Below, piece by piece: positions 24,086 through 38,644 of a stretch of 64,000 nucleotides of DNA. Positions within the stretch are counted from its first letter, which is position 1. Every line of letters starts with the position of its first letter. Source of the stretch: Lama guanicoe (lineage: Eukaryota). Under the pieces are notes generated by a model. That model worked only from the letters and a program-made list of their open reading frames with translations, had not been told where the DNA came from and made no database searches. The stretch is taken from the NCBI GenBank assembly GCA_013239625.1, contig MU054323.1, forward strand, positions 8,483,220 to 8,547,219, read 5' to 3'. Made by a program: the position numbers and the translations under genes.

Positions 24086-26069
24086 GGGGGTGCTACCACA
24101 GTCTGTATAACCCTAAAGGGTGTGGATAGGAATTTACCACGTCCCTGGGTATTCAGATTAGATGCTACTCCCTGAAGTGAGAAAGGCCATATCAAAAGAA
24201 ACATTTCTTTTGCAGAAGTAGTAAATGAGGGGTGCATTACCCACACAGGTTCTTCTAGGCAGACAATGATTAAAAAAAAAAAAAAGGTGGGGCATGAATG
24301 TGAGCTAGGCGAGGTGAAGTTCTCCCTTTAAGCTTTTGAGGTGATGATGTGTGGTGGGGGAGCATCTTATCAGTACTCACCTTTGGTGCTTATCAAGCAG
24401 ACTAGCTGAATGGGTCCATAAGGGCATTTCACACAACCATCAGTCACAAAGCTATTGCCCTGTGGAGACACAGCCTCCTGGAGGTGAGCCAAAGGGTGCA
24501 TCACAGGAAGTATACGTGGTACTGCGATTAGAGGCAATGGGCAAGTTCATTGTAATGGCTTGGGGAGGTCAATGTACAGGGCATGTGGGGGATCTTATGG
24601 CTCCCATCGTAAAATATGGAAGTAGTTTATGGGGGTCGTTGGTCAGAAGGCAGAGTGAGAAGCTGAAGAACCACCATTTGAAACATATATCCATCTAGAG
24701 GTCAGAACTCGAGAGAGCCATCCAGGAATAGTCACTCTTGAAGGCAGATGGGATTACTTGAGGCAGTTTGAATCCACATCAAGACCATCAAAAGCAGAGT
24801 TCCCATTCTGCTCCTGCCTGTCTCTCTGACTCTGGGAAATAATTGTTTCTTCCTCAGAAGTGAATAAAACTTCCTACTTGGAAAGGATGCGAAATCATTA
24901 ATTATTAATGTTTATTTTCATATTTACAGATGAAAGGCATGCTGACTTCAAAGAAGTAGAGTTAGAATGGGGGAAGAGAATTAATTCTCAACACTAAAAT
25001 TATCTGCTAGAAAACACTCATGCCTATTTTGAAAAAGTTTTTCATGGTTGAATATAAAGTTGGAGAATCTTAAAAGAGGATTTGACAACCAGTAAAGGGA
25101 TCAGAGAAGAGTCTCTTAGGACAGAAATGTTTGTGTTCCTAACCACTCAAACTCATTTCTAGGACAAGGCATTAGACAAAGGTGTCCTGCATGCATGTGA
25201 AACACGATGAGAAGTTATGGTGAATGCTTTGGAACCTTGCCAAATAATTAGTGGTTTAATTCAGCTTCAGCTCATCTCTTCACAACACAAAGGCCTGAGA
25301 CTCCAGTTAATGAATTTCACTTTGAAAAGAAGCAGTTTATTGGATACATGCTCTAGTTTAGAGCATAAGGCTCAAGGTAGAGGACAAAAAAGAATCCGTC
25401 ATCCTAGGGCCACCTCTCTGTAGACAACACTACACTCACCTCCTAGGCAGGCAGGCCTGCTGGAAGCCAAAGTCTAACTGCCAGGGCCATCGTTACACAG
25501 TGTGTCCTGGCCCACTAGTCGAAGCAGCCACAGTAACGTGGCACTGGTGTCTTTCATGGGACCAGCATCCTTACTCAGTGGAATGGGAGGCTCCTCCTGG
25601 ACCATTTTTAATACAGGGACATTTCACCATCTCAGCATTTAGTGAGAGTGTGAGGTAATATCTGTCTCAGTCTTCAGCTCTTTTTTTTTTCTTTCAGTTT
25701 GTGATCACATGATCATCAAGAAAGAACACCGCATACTTTCAGCTGCTTTTTAAATGTTGGCAGAAGAAACCAATTAGCTAAGTGGTCATTAATAGCTGAC
25801 CCTTCATTGAATTTTTTTTGTCAGCATCCATATAAGAAGTCAGCATATTTCTTTATGTTTGTTCCTCAAATTGCTTTACCCCATCACAATATTCTGGAAT
25901 CCAACCAGAAAGAAGACTGAAGCCTTTGGAGGTGAGGGAAAACTGCAGTGTAAAAAAAGCATGCTTTCCCGTGACTTGGCTTAATGCTGGTCGGGCCACT
26001 GACTAACAGTGACAGGAGCTGTGCTGCCTCTGAGCTGGTAAACGGGAAGTTTTCACATGTGATTTCTGG

Positions 26070-26250
26070 AGCAGGGCGGCCTCAAGTGTGGTCCTGCTAC
26101 TGACTCACCAGGAAAGCCTGTGAAGAATGCAGGCTCCTGAGCCCCAGCCCACATCTGACCACTCGGGGGACAGGCTCAGGAATCTGCATTAGAATAGACC
26201 AGTCAGGTGATTCCTGCACACCCTGCATTTTAAGAACCTCTGCTCTAGAA
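26070..26250. mobile_element. MER5-type DNA transposon
   Basis: ctcaagtgtggtcc...caggaatctgcatt...caggtgattcctgcac...ttaagaacctctgctctag. Confidence 0.6.
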
Positions 26251-29152
26251 ATTGTCCTTCTTGAGATACATGGGGTCAATCTTTGCTTGAAGGGCTTCAT
26301 CCAAAGCCAGAGGTGACCTTTGCCACTCCTTAGCAGGAAAGTGATTCTCCTCCTCCCTTCATAGCACATTGGGCCTAGGGAAGAGTTATGCTCTGGCTCA
26401 GCACCACTCTGTGCGGTGAGGTCCCATGTTCATTCTTGCCAGGCACACAACTTCACCACCTCAGCTTTTCCATAACCAGCACCCTGGTCTCCCAAATTGA
26501 TACAGAAACAGAGCCTTAAGATGCAACTGTCTTTGCCTCTACATGGTTTGATGGCCTGTTCAAGTTTTTCTTAACTCCCTAAGAAGAAAAGACTATGTGG
26601 GATTTCTGATGGCTCTTTTGAAGCACATGAGGAAACACCCACTAAGCTCCGAGCACCTGGGCAGCCCCTGCTTTTTGTTACCAGGAGAAAAATGACCTGT
26701 CTCTGTGTGACCGGGGCACTACGCAGGTTGCTTTCTGTACGCTGCCTCGATTAATAAGAAAACTGATCCAAGGTCTGTAATTCAGGGGAAAGGGCAATAA
26801 TAACACGAACAGGAGGAAAGGCAGACTTGAATTATGTTCTCAGCTTCAGTGTTGACTCACTCTGGTAAGAAAGTGAGGCTGATGCCTCTATTTATCCTTC
26901 TATAAAATAAGGTTATTACCTGTTCCCATTGCCCAATCATGAGGTCAGCATTGGGAATACTTTGAACTGCTCAGATGAAAGATGATATAAAACTACAAAG
27001 CAAAAAGTTGGTATAGAAGAGGATGCTAGAAGACAGAGTGAAATGGCCAAGTGAGAGCAAGATCTAAGGATGCCCGGATTTTCCACAATGCAATTGTGGG
27101 GACTTTCTGGGCCTCCAGTTGCCTTGTTTGTCTTAGGAAGGATGGTATGAATACACACTATCATAGAAGGAGAGGCAGCCTAGTGTAGTGATTAAGAGCA
27201 GACGCTTTGGAGTCATCAACCTACTGAGTCAGAATCTCAACGTAGGAGACAACGCAGCTGCAGTTTTAAGAAATCCCAAGGTGATTCTGAGGCACACCCC
27301 AGTTTGAGAAACACCGTGTCCTCACCAGACTTTGATGGTCCCCAAAGAGGCTGTGTGTTTCCACATCTCTTACGCATGCTCAGACTGTACCCACTCCCTT
27401 CCTGCATCGCAAGTATTATCTCTTGATTTTTCTTGCTATGAAATGAACTCCAACTCTTCTTTCAAGGCCAGATCACCTATCACCTTTTGCCTGAAACTTT
27501 CCCTAACCTTTTCAGAGAAATTAATTATTTTGGATACAAAAGACTATGCTACCATCAGAGAATGAGGTGAATCCCTATACACTGTGTAGAAAAATAACCA
27601 TGTTATTTTAAAGGGAAAGAAACAGTCACAGAATATTTATATTTTGATTCTGTTTTTCTTTAAACAATGAAACAAATATGTATGTATGTATGTAGTTTGA
27701 GTATCTATATTAAAAGATCTGAAGAATACACATACCTGAAACCAAGAAACTTTACTTTTTTATTTTATACGCATGTATATTATTTGATTTCAGTACCACT
27801 TTTCTAATTTTTCAAATTCAATAACAAAATGATTACCAAGAGATTAGTTGCTCAAATAATTGCTGGGGAAGAATGGACTGGTGTTATAGCCTTTGTATAT
27901 ATTATTGTTCTGTCTCTCAGCTGTGTCTCGGTTCAGCTGTGAGCTCCTTGATGGCAGGGGCCTCGTCCTGGTTATCTGCCTGTCACCAGTGCCCAGCACG
28001 GTCCCTGACACATTGTGATGCATGGTGTGTACTTACTGAATTTAAGGGATCTAAAACAGAGTCTGGGAAGGCTTGGTTGATCAGCCCCTGGACGGTCAGG
28101 TCTGCCACAAAGGCACAGCCTGTCCATCAGTCACATGTCTAGTCCTAGTAGGACAGTAGCAGGAAGGAAGTGATAGTGATGATTGAACCAATACTGCCTA
28201 CAACCTTGATGACAGAGTAAAGAGCTTGATGGTCATGTTAAGGAGAAGAGGGACTTCGGGTATGGCAATTGACTACTAACGGTCTGTGGGTCACTGCCAT
28301 TCACTTTATTAAAAGTCACTCCTCCACAGTTGTGATCCATGTATGCCTACTCCAAAGTAGCCCCTATTCTTTTTCAAAACTGAATAAAACTCTCCACTCA
28401 CTTTGTAGAGCCCTAAAGAAATAAAAGAAATGGCTTCATTTTTCACACAGTTTCCCTAGTGTCTTCTTTCTATCTCTATCCCTCCAGAATTCTGCCGTCA
28501 TAAGATTGTCTAAATCATCTCTCTGGAAGTCCCTGGCAACTTCTAGGCATCCACTCCCAGTCTTACTTTTCCAGATCTGATTCTCAAACTCTAAGTTAGG
28601 CCAGATGTAAACAGGTAACAACTGTCTATGTTCTCTGTTTCACTAAAATTAATGGGCATTCTTCCTCTCTTTCCCTTATTGAAATAACTCATTGCCATAA
28701 GTCATGCTAGACTTTTCGCCTTCACCTTCTTAGGCCACACATGTGAGAACTGATTTTCTGTTCTTCACTACCACCACAACCCATGCACATCCTTCATTTG
28801 TGCCAACTTCCTATGAGAAGCCGGATGTGTATAATTGTTTAATTTCATGATTTGGGGAAATCAGAAACTTACTACTTCCATAACTAAGAGAGAAAAATAA
28901 ATGAAATATGTTCATATATTTTCATCTAAAAGCTACAGCATTACTTTTTGTGAAAAAAAGTGATTTTAAAGTCATATATTATGGGAAGCAGGACATTCAT
29001 TCTCATGAGTAATGTTCTCAGATTTTTTTAAAAATTCTAACCTATTCTAGAAGTTGTGGATGGATTGTTTGAAGGGGAGAGAAAACAGGTCACTCAATAA
29101 ATATTAAGCACCTACTTTGGGCCATGCTTTAGAATTAAGAATACAAATACAA

Positions 29153-29291
29153 AAAAATGTGACAATGAGTGTGTATATGTCCATGAATGGCTGAAAAATT
29201 GTGCTGAACACTGGAATTTGACACAACATTGTAAAATGATTATAAATCAATAAAAAATGTTAAAAAAATTTATAAATGAAAAAAAAAAACT
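29153..29291 (+). mobile_element. Young camelid-type L1 3' end with perfect 15-bp TSD
   Basis: gacaatgagtgtgtatatgtccatgaatggctgaaaaattgtgctgaacactggaatttgacacaacattg plus A-rich tail. AGAATACAAATACAA at 29138-29152 and 29292-29306. Confidence 0.85.
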
Positions 29292-30428
29292 AGAATACAA
29301 ATACAAGACACTGCCCCTGCCCCTGAATGCATGTTGCAGTTTTAATACACTCTGCTGCAGTCACTTGGTGTGTATGGGTGTGACTCCCTGCCCAGTGAAA
29401 TGGCAGGTTGAGGGCCAGCTGCTGAGCACTTGGCCTCCTTCTCAGCCCTACCAACTCTGATGTTTGCTAGATTTAGGAAATAAGGCAGTTCTGGTCCTTT
29501 ATCCTACTAGCATAGGCCCAGCTTGGACTTGGCCACTGATTGGGTCCAAAAGTTCATGCTTGGCAGGAAAGCCAGAACTAAATGGACATCTTGGGAATCA
29601 TACTGTCCTGAGTAGGGGACAGGTTTCTCCTACAAGACAGAGACTTTTTGAGAATACTGACTTTAAGGAAGGCTTCCAGAATGTGGCTAGAGCCCTAATC
29701 TCTGTAGGTGGGAGCTGTCCAACATTTCAGCATCTGCCCGCTTTGAAGGAAGTGTTATGACGATCTGGCTGTTTTGACTGTTTTGTTGTGTGCCATATTC
29801 TAAGAGAACTGACACAGTTCAGGATCTAGCCTCTCAGGTCTTTAGGTCAGATACTTTAATAATCGGCTCTCCTTAAGTCACTGAGCCCTGAGAAAACTAA
29901 CATATTTCTTTGTTCAGGTGCATTTGTGCCAGAAAGTAAATTTAATATAGCAAGGTATATAGTTCTTCCCTTTAACGTGGTGCCTTGAAAATCAGAAAGA
30001 TAATCAGCACTTGCTCTGTGAGCACAAAATGAGAGCAAATAGACGTTAAGAAATGATGTATCATCTACACTGTGGTCAAGGTTGATTACTTCTCCCCTTT
30101 CCACCAGAAGACACACTGTACTAGTGACCAAAATATCAACATCAGCTAAACTGAGTGCCACTCCTTGGACAGTGTTAAAATTGCACTAACACAGTTTCAC
30201 TTTCTAGGCATCTTTTTTCCTGGATTCCACAATAACCACCCACTCTGTTTATAATTACCTTTACAACCAGATTCTGCATAATGACATGTGACAGTTTTTC
30301 TAAATTTGTAGCTTATTTTGCTGCCTTGTGACCTCTGGGGAGATAGATTAGTCTTATTTATAATATTTCCAAGTCACACTATTCCTCATGATAGGTAATC
30401 CTGTCTATAACATATAGATACTTGTTTG

Positions 30429-30636
30429 CAGGGATCAGTAAACATTTTCTGTAAGGGCCAGAGAGTAAGTATTTCACACTTTACAAGCCATACAGTCTCA
30501 GTGAAAACTATTCAGTTCTGCTATTTTAATATGAAAGCAGCCATAGACAATATGTAAATGAGTGAGTGTGGTTGTCCTCCAATAAAATTTTATTTACAAA
30601 AGGTGGGGAGCTTTGGCTCATAATTGATGACCCCTG
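30429..30636. mobile_element. MER58A-like hAT-Charlie element
   Basis: cagggatcagtaaacattttctgtaagggccagagagtaagtattt...gcagccatagacaatatgtaaatgag...gacccctg. Confidence 0.75.
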
Positions 30637-30779
30637 CCTCTTAGTCATAATCACAGAAGGGGCTCTTTCTTGTTCTTTTCCTGACTTTGCTTCAGTCTTC
30701 TTTTATCATAAATATTAATATGATGCTTAAGTCTTCAAAAGAGGTTTTTACTCTCTCTTAAGAGGACCAGGAATCCTTA

Positions 30780-31050
30780 GAGAAATGGCTTGTTCCAAGA
30801 CAGAGGCAGGAAAAGTGTAAGTTGAGCCTGGAGCATCTTTTTACACCAGAAAGTAAGGAATTTCTCCAAGAATGATGGGAATGTGTCAAAAAGACTCAGG
30901 AGCCAGCTGAAAGGGGCTCCCAATGGCCAAAACAGGGACAATCTGAGCATCAGAATAAATGATAGTAATGTGTTACAGCCTATTGAATAAAGTAATCTAT
31001 GAGTGTGTACTGATCTAAAGAGATAAATGAAAAAATACATGGAGGAATGA
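30780..31050 (+). mobile_element. L1MC-type 3'UTR fragment
   Basis: Same family as 4940-5200 (agaaatggcttgttccaag...ggagccagctgaaaggggctcccaatggccaaa). Confidence 0.65.
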
Positions 31051-31162
31051 TGGGGTTAGTGATAGTATTAGGAGAAAAAAGTGGTTCTCATACAAGTTAG
31101 AGGACAAATAAGAATCACCTGGGAAGCTTTTCCACATACCTGAGCCTCATTCTAGAGAGGAC

Positions 31163-31164
<2 letters not shown>

Positions 31165-31206
<42 letters not shown>
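31165..31206. repeat. (TG)21 microsatellite
   Basis: Perfect dinucleotide run. Confidence 0.95.
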
Positions 31207-31208
<2 letters not shown>

Positions 31209-31699
31209 GGAAAAGCTCTCTCCAGGACACATTGCTGAGTCTTCCCTATTTGGGCCATAAAGACAATGGGAAGACAACAGATGGGAATATTGTATCTTAA
31301 GTCTGCTTGGCCTATTCATGCCTGTCCATCATGTCTGTTCCTTCTGTTATCAGAGTGTTTGGTCTTGGAAGCTGGTAGGTCCAAGAGGTGGAGCTCCTGT
31401 CTCTGGGGTCCTTGGGCAGCCGTAAGAAATAGATGAGACATTAGGAGACAGGAGTTCCCTTAACTAGCAGAGACCAGCCCTTACAATATTTCCTTTTTAA
31501 GCTCTTCACCTGAGAAACAGAAAAATACCTGGTTATTGACCCCACTGGGACATCCCCAAAGAGTGTCATCCAGCTTCGAAACTTGCTGTGATGGGACCCT
31601 ACCCCTTCTGGGATAGATATGCTGCCTTTAGCTCTGCTAGAAATGTTTTTCTTCAGTTGGTCAATATCTATCTTTTTTATGTACTTCCAACACTTTGGT

Positions 31700-32030
31700 C
31701 ACAATTATACCCCTTGTGGCCACAGAGGAGCCTAATGCTTACCCTCCCCTTGGTAGCCCTTCAAGTCATTAAAGATAATTCTTAGATCAGCCTTAATTTT
31801 TCTCCCATCTGTAAGCTCAACCTTGAGTTTCTCCATCAGATCCTCGTATGACCTGGGTTTGAGTGTATTTGCTACACTCACTGTCATAGTCACTCTTCTT
31901 CAGACATGCTCCTCTTCATGAATGTTATCCTGAAAGTTTGCTTCCCAGAACTGAATTCAGTATTCCAGGTGTGGTCTGACCAGCCCAGATGGGAGCAAGA
32001 TTATCACCTTTTTCATCCTAGAAGAAGGAC
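31700..32030 (-). mobile_element. CR1/L3 fragment
   Basis: cccagaactgaattcagtattccaggtgtggtctgaccag...gattatcacc. Confidence 0.6.
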
Positions 32031-34739
32031 TTTATAATCAGATGTCTAGTTTCAAACCAGTTCTGTTCTTACTATCTATGTTATCTCAAGCAAGTTACTT
32101 AAGCTCTCTGAGCCTTAGTTTAGTTCTACTAATATCTGAGAACTTACCATGTACTGGGCACCATACTAGACAATAGGGGTGCAAAGACTTAATCTCAGCC
32201 CTTGAGAGGTTCATAGTGAAGTGGGAGAAAAAGATATGGTAAATACTGTCTGGGTTAGAAGTACACCCATGTATATTACAGAAACACCTAGAAGGCCAAC
32301 CTAACTCAGCCCAGTGCAAGGAGATGAGAATCGGGGAGCTGACACTTGAGATGAATCTTGAGATTAGACTGGCATTTTCCAGGTGAAGATTGGTAACAAG
32401 GAATGGAAGGTATTTCCAACAGAAGAAAAGTATGAACAAAAAATGCCAAAGGCTGACTCAGCCTGGTACAGTATCTTAAAGCAGGAACGCAGAGTGGGAA
32501 GGGGGAGTGGTGACAGGAGGTGAGGCTGGAGAGGCAGGCAGGTGCCAGTCATGGGGAGTGTGCTGGAAGGCAATGGAAGACATAGAATCAGGGGTTGCTT
32601 TAATGGTAGTCTAGTGGTGAATGTGAAGCCCATAAAATGGAGCTAGTGGTACCCTCATCCCAGCCATACCTCACCATGTTGTGAGGAGTAAGTGAATAAA
32701 TAAAATGCACAGTAAGGTCAAGACCATGACGGCTTCAGTCAGTGGGGTCCTCTTCCCCAGCCTCTGTCACTGTTCCCTTTGGTCAGTCCCATCACAGAAG
32801 CAACTAACCTCACAGTCCCATCAGTTCAAAATCCTTAGGAGTTTGCACATATCTGTTGCAAATCCTTACATCCTCTGCCGCATCTCTACCTTCCAGTTTG
32901 GTTTTTATGATCCAAATGCAGACCCTCAAATGTATTTCTTTTGAATAATTTAGCCTGGCACAGCAATTTAGGATCCTAATTCTATCAGCCACTGGTCGTG
33001 GAAGTGGTGTAACATGAGCCTCCCCTTAAAAGGAAGAAGGCATTTTCAGGTACAAGTGAGGGCTGGGAGGGATTCAATATTAGGAAGACTGGCGGGAGGA
33101 GGACAGTAATCTGAAGCTGAGGGTCCAAGGGATGGAGAAGCCAAAGAAAAGAATGATGGGGGGAGGAATGGAGTAAGATTGTGAACACCAGGCCAAGAAG
33201 TTTGGTTTCTATCTTATAGAATCTGTATGGGTAAAGGGCCACTGGAGATTTGGTGGGTAGAGGGAAGGATGAAAGCAGTGTTTTTGGAAAGTTTGTCTTG
33301 CAATGAGGGGTAAGAAACTTTAAAGGATACTAGAAGCAGGAATGCCATCAAATCACAAAGTAACAGTTTGGACAAGGATGATATCAGTGAGAATGGAAGG
33401 GATGACGTGGATGAGAAAAACAATGATTTGACAACTTGGCCAAAATGAGAGAGGTAGGATTAGATTCCGAATACATGCGCTTCTAATATGGCATTTCATG
33501 GATACTTGCAGATTTAGTTTCTCCAACCTACTAATCTTTCTGCCAATTCTCAGTATTTGGTTCTTAAAAATAAAGATTCTATAAGACCTTAATTTTTAAA
33601 ATGCAAGTAACACATTCCTACTTACATGGATGACTGATTTTACACAGAAGTGTGAGTATTTGTGCTTTATCCAGATAACAAAACAATTTTTTTAAAGTAC
33701 TTTAGTGATATAAAGCAGACATTTGCCAGGAGTATACTGTGAGACAAGTGTTAGAAGGTTTTTCAGGTTGAAAGATGTGGTCCCAGCTCAGGGAGCTCAT
33801 TGCTGAGCAAGGGCGAGTAGTCCGTGAACAGATGAGTAGAATGCAGGGTGATGTGAAATATGATGGAAATGTGGATACAAGGCTGTGCGCCCATCATGTC
33901 CTTGCTGTACCATGGCCAGATGAGGCGGGAGGAGGGATTGGGAAAAGGGACAAGGGCAGAAGAGAAAGGACAAGAGTGAAAGACTTAAAAACAGATAGGG
34001 AGAAGAGTGAAGAAAGACAGAGATAAGGAAAATAACTTACACTTTATTACATTATATAATGCATAAAGCACTTCCAGATAGATCATCTCATTTGATTCTG
34101 CCAAGATGCTTAGGAGAGAGCAAGAAATGAGAGACGGGGTGGGGAAGGTGGGTCTTGCTTCCCATCCCCCTTTTCCCCCCAGTGAGGAGGAGAGAAAGAT
34201 GAGCTAAGAATTGCTCAGAGTCCCTTGTGGCCTCCTGGGCCTGGGCCATCCCAGAGGAAAGCTCCCTGCTGGTGGAGGCAGACCTCAGCGGGCCTGGTTA
34301 GGATCTAGTGAGGATCTTTCAAAACAGAGGAACCAGCAAAGAAGGGCTGGAACCACCATTCCTGTGAAGTCTGAACCACCCAGACTATACGCAATAGAAG
34401 CCTTTAAGTGGTTATTTTGGCAACTATTGTCAAAGACTTTTGCTGCCTGACCACAAGCTTTCTTCCATTACTTTTCTACCCTGTTTTTTAAAAATACATT
34501 TCATTGAGTTTTTTGCTTGTCACAAAAGTTATACATTCATTGTAAAAAAAAAAAATTAGAAAATCCAGATAAACCCAAAGAAGAAAATCAAAACCTCCTA
34601 TAATCCCCTACTATCAGACAGAACCACAGTTATTATTTTAAAATATACCCTCACGTTTTTCTTCTATGCCTATGGGTATATTCCTGCTCTGTAACACTTT
34701 CCCCCAATTTAATGTATTGTAAACATCCTTCCATGTCTT

Positions 34740-35100
34740 TCAGTTGGGACTATGTTTTGGTACAAGTAACAGCAAGCCCTAATGACAACTAGCGGTGTTA
34801 GTTACCAGCACACCCTAACCCAAACCAGCAGTGGCTTAAGCAAATAATAGGGGTATTTTCCTCACATGACAGGAGTCTGGAAGCAGGAGGTACAGGCTAG
34901 CAGAACAGCTCAAGGACATCATCAAGGACACTCCAGCTCCTTCACCTGTTGGCTTATTAGCTCATGACTCAAGGTGGCTCTTAGTTGTAAGAGAGGCTGG
35001 GAAGCAAGTATTTCATTTTTCTGACCCTGTCTAGTGGAGAAAGGCAAGGGAAAGTGGTGTTGGGAGTCGGTGCTGAGTCAGTCAGCCAATGGTGCCAAAG
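34740..35100. mobile_element. Old MLT1 (J/K-like) LTR fragment embedded in L1ME-like sequence
   Basis: cagttgggactatgttttggtacaagtaacag...cagtggcttaagcaaataa...gagaggctgggaagcaagta. Confidence 0.5.
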
Positions 35101-36729
35101 AGTCATTACATGTTCTTCTACAATATCATTTTCTTAAGCAGCTGCACAGTTTAGATGCACCATTATTTGTTTAACAATTATTGTTGACTGCTTCACTTGT
35201 TTCCAGGTTTTCACTATTATAAATTAGTTTATATATATTAAAGTTTTATATATACCCATAATTATTGCTTTAGTATTAAATTCCTTAATTCTATAAGTAG
35301 AAGAATTAAGGTCCAAAACTATATAAAAATGTAAAGCCTTTTTTTTTCCGCCAAATTGCCCTTCAAAAAATTGTACTAGATTACACTCTCACCAACTGTG
35401 TTTAAAAGAGTATTTTTCCCTGCACCCTCAATAACAGATTTTGTTTGTTTGTTTGTCATTAAGCTATTATCCTCTGACCATTACATGGATTTAACTTTGC
35501 ATTAGCCTTGACCAGACTGAAGTGCCCAGCGGCCAGTGGGAGCCCAGAGCAGGGACCCTGAGAACCTCAGCCAGCCCCTACCCTTCTCCATCCCTGCCCA
35601 GAGGTGCGGGTCTGCAGGGTGTCCTGTGCTTCCGGGTAGGTGCTGTGGGGCCTCGTCCTGACAGACATTGCAGAGGACTCGTGATGTTTCTGGTGAGCAG
35701 GTACCTCACTCATCTACCTTTATTTTGAAAGTCCTTTCTGCCACTGTGGAGTCATCATCATTTGTTCCATCTTAGTCCTAAGTCAAGGCCATCCTGGCTT
35801 GTCTGGGGTTGAGGTGCTCCTGGGGTCTGGCCTCTTTTGTAGCAGCCCTCCCCACATCTTCACATCCTGATGCACTTCAGGTGAGGCAGCCTTACAGACC
35901 CACTTCACAGTCTGTAACAGAGAGAAGGCCGAGGAGACATCAGTATTGGCAGATTCTTGGAGGGTATTTTAATCATATTAAGCTGCTTTGGGGACATGCT
36001 GCAGTTTCCTGGGGAGGTGGCCAAAAAGTAAATTATGCCTACACATCTCCTTAAAATAGTTATTAACTAGTCAGCAGTTAGCCACTATGTACAGCCTTTC
36101 TCCTCAAACAAGGTGTCATCCATGGGTGAGAGAAGGATTCCTCTGGCCAGATCATCTCTGCACACATGGTAGGTGCTTAAATGCTCATACATTTAGACAT
36201 GTATTTGTGTGTGGATTAATGAGTGACTGATAAATCCAAGAGAGACTGTGCTCAGTGCAGGAGCAGAGGCCAGGTCCCAGCACCACATCACCACTCCTCT
36301 AAAATAAGAAAAAGAAAACTCCAGAGTTGTGGCTCCAGGAAGGAAATGATAAGGATTCTATTTCGGTGGTCCCTTCAGGACATTACCCTGACCTCCAGAG
36401 AGATGACACACAGTGTGAGAAGCACTATCTTAAGGAAACTGAGTTCTCTGTGATCTGTCCTTATAGGGCACGTTTTGAAGCTACTGTCAGTCATTACTGC
36501 CATGAGGGAAAAGAAAAGAAGAGAATATTTATGTACATGTGAGATCTGGAAAAACCTGTGGTGTTAGGAGAGAAGAAAGCAACCCTGATTCCCCTTGAGT
36601 GGCTAAGGATTTGGTTCTTAAATGAAGCCATTTTTCTCCTTCTCGAATTATCTAACAATCTCTTTTTCCTGGAGCAGAAACCAATAGACCAAAATGACCT
36701 CATTGAGAACAGGACATCTAAAAGTAGAG

Positions 36730-37055
36730 TAGCAGGACATGTCATTATGCATTTGTCAAAACCCACAGAATGTACAACATCAAGAGTAAACCCCAATGTA
36801 AACTATGGACTTTGGTTGATAACAATGTGCCCGTGTTGGTTCATCAATTGTACCAAATATGCCACACTGGTGAGGGGTGTTGAGGGTAGGGGAGTATATA
36901 TGTGTGCGTGGGGAGGGCTATGTGGGAACTCTGTATTTTCTGCTCAATTCTGCTGTAAACTTGAAACTGCTCTAAAAAAAATTAAGTCTATTAAAAAATA
37001 AATAAATAAAAGGAAAAAATAAAAACAAAAATCAATCAATCAATCAATCAATAAA
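36730..37055 (+). mobile_element. L1MC-type 3' end with A-rich/(AATC)n tail
   Basis: catttgtcaaaacccacagaatgtacaacatcaagagtaaaccccaatgtaaactatggactttgg...aaactgctctaaaaaaa. Confidence 0.8.
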
Positions 37056-38644
37056 TGTAGTTAGCAGGATTCCAAGTATTATTACAATGAATAGAAATAT
37101 GTGGGAGAAAAAGTAATAGGATTTCACTGGGGGTAAGCCTATACCTACTGGGAAATGTGTATATTTAGTGAGCCACAAACATTGTACGGCATGGAGGACC
37201 ATCAGATTTAAAGGAGATCCTAAAACCAAATGCACAAAAGCCTCCACTAGTCTAGCTGCTGGTGCCTTTAGGGGAGCTGAGTGGGCCTTGGCACAGGTCA
37301 AGAGAGACTGCAGTAGACTTGATGTCTGATGAGTCCCACGAAGTTGAGTCGTAACACCAAAGGCTTGTCCACATCTCACATACACGAATAGAAATGTTTA
37401 TGATGATTAGATGGGCCAGGAGTGGCAGTTGCTGAAGGGCTAATTTAACTCACAAAAGGCCTCTTCATATTGGGATTCTCAAGGAAGGGATTTGCATACC
37501 AAGGACATGTTAAGTTATAAGTGTGATAATTTCAGAAAAGTTGGAAAGGTTTAAATGACCTCTGATCAGTCAGAAGTAAAGGATTTACCTCCTTGGGATA
37601 AATCATGCCTGGGTAATGAACTTTAACATTGACAAAATTGTAACTTCTCTCTCAAAACCTTATGCCCTTTCTAAAAGAAAGCAATAGATAGCTAGAATCA
37701 GTCTCAGAGCTTCCCTCATCTTTAGGATACGACAGAAGGTGGTCCCTGTAAAGAATCACAGGGAAATTTAAGGTCCTTGATTTTGTGGTTGAGGACTCGT
37801 AAAAAGTAGAAATAACCTCAATAAGTCTTTAGGGCGTAACAGCCCAGGTATGTTGTTGACTTTCCCAGAAGAAGGCAAACAAATATTGACTATTTTGATC
37901 TAAAGGGACACTAAAGAAAGCAGAACATGAACCTACAACTTTAAAATATGCAACCCCAGGAGGTACTAGAGATAAGAAGAGTATTTGGTTCTGGTCAGGA
38001 AATGACTATTCTATTTATGGCCCCAAGGTCTTGAGTAAATCTATATCCCCACCCATGGGGTAAGGGTATTATGAGAACATCTTCAAGAGATGATAAGTCC
38101 TTTCTCTATTATGCTTTTGACTATTTATTTTTGGCCTTCTTTAGCTTCTGATTTAAGGGAGTTTTGTGCAAGTTTGGGTAGAAATTTAGACAGGTCATTC
38201 TGAACCTTAATGAACTCAGCCCCAGTAATCCTGCAAACAACTGGATGTTTGAAACTTAGTTCCCTTTTTATTATAAAGCTCCTCTCAATTTTGTTCCAGC
38301 TGAAGTCTGCCTGGACTGGTCACTATAGTTCTAAAATATCCTTGATGAAATTATGCCGTCTAGAAAGATAAGTTCACAAACTCGGGTTACAGTATAAATG
38401 TATGTAAACAGAAGCCTGGCCCAGAGGGGCACAGCCTTAGGTTTAAATTTAGACATATCCATAATTTTTGAAATAGGCCAAAGAGTTGCCTGTACACCTG
38501 TGTCTTCTCAGCCCCCTCGCCAACCTAGAGCCTGTGTCTTCCGACTACAAACCCCAATAAGATTTGTAGTTCCAAAGGACAGAAAAGTATGGAGAGACCT
38601 CTACCAGAGCCAGACAGTCATGGACAAAGCAAGAGAAGACTGAG

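Noticed and set aside
36558..37001. 147-aa ORF
   Set aside because: Mostly the 3'UTR of an L1MC-type element.
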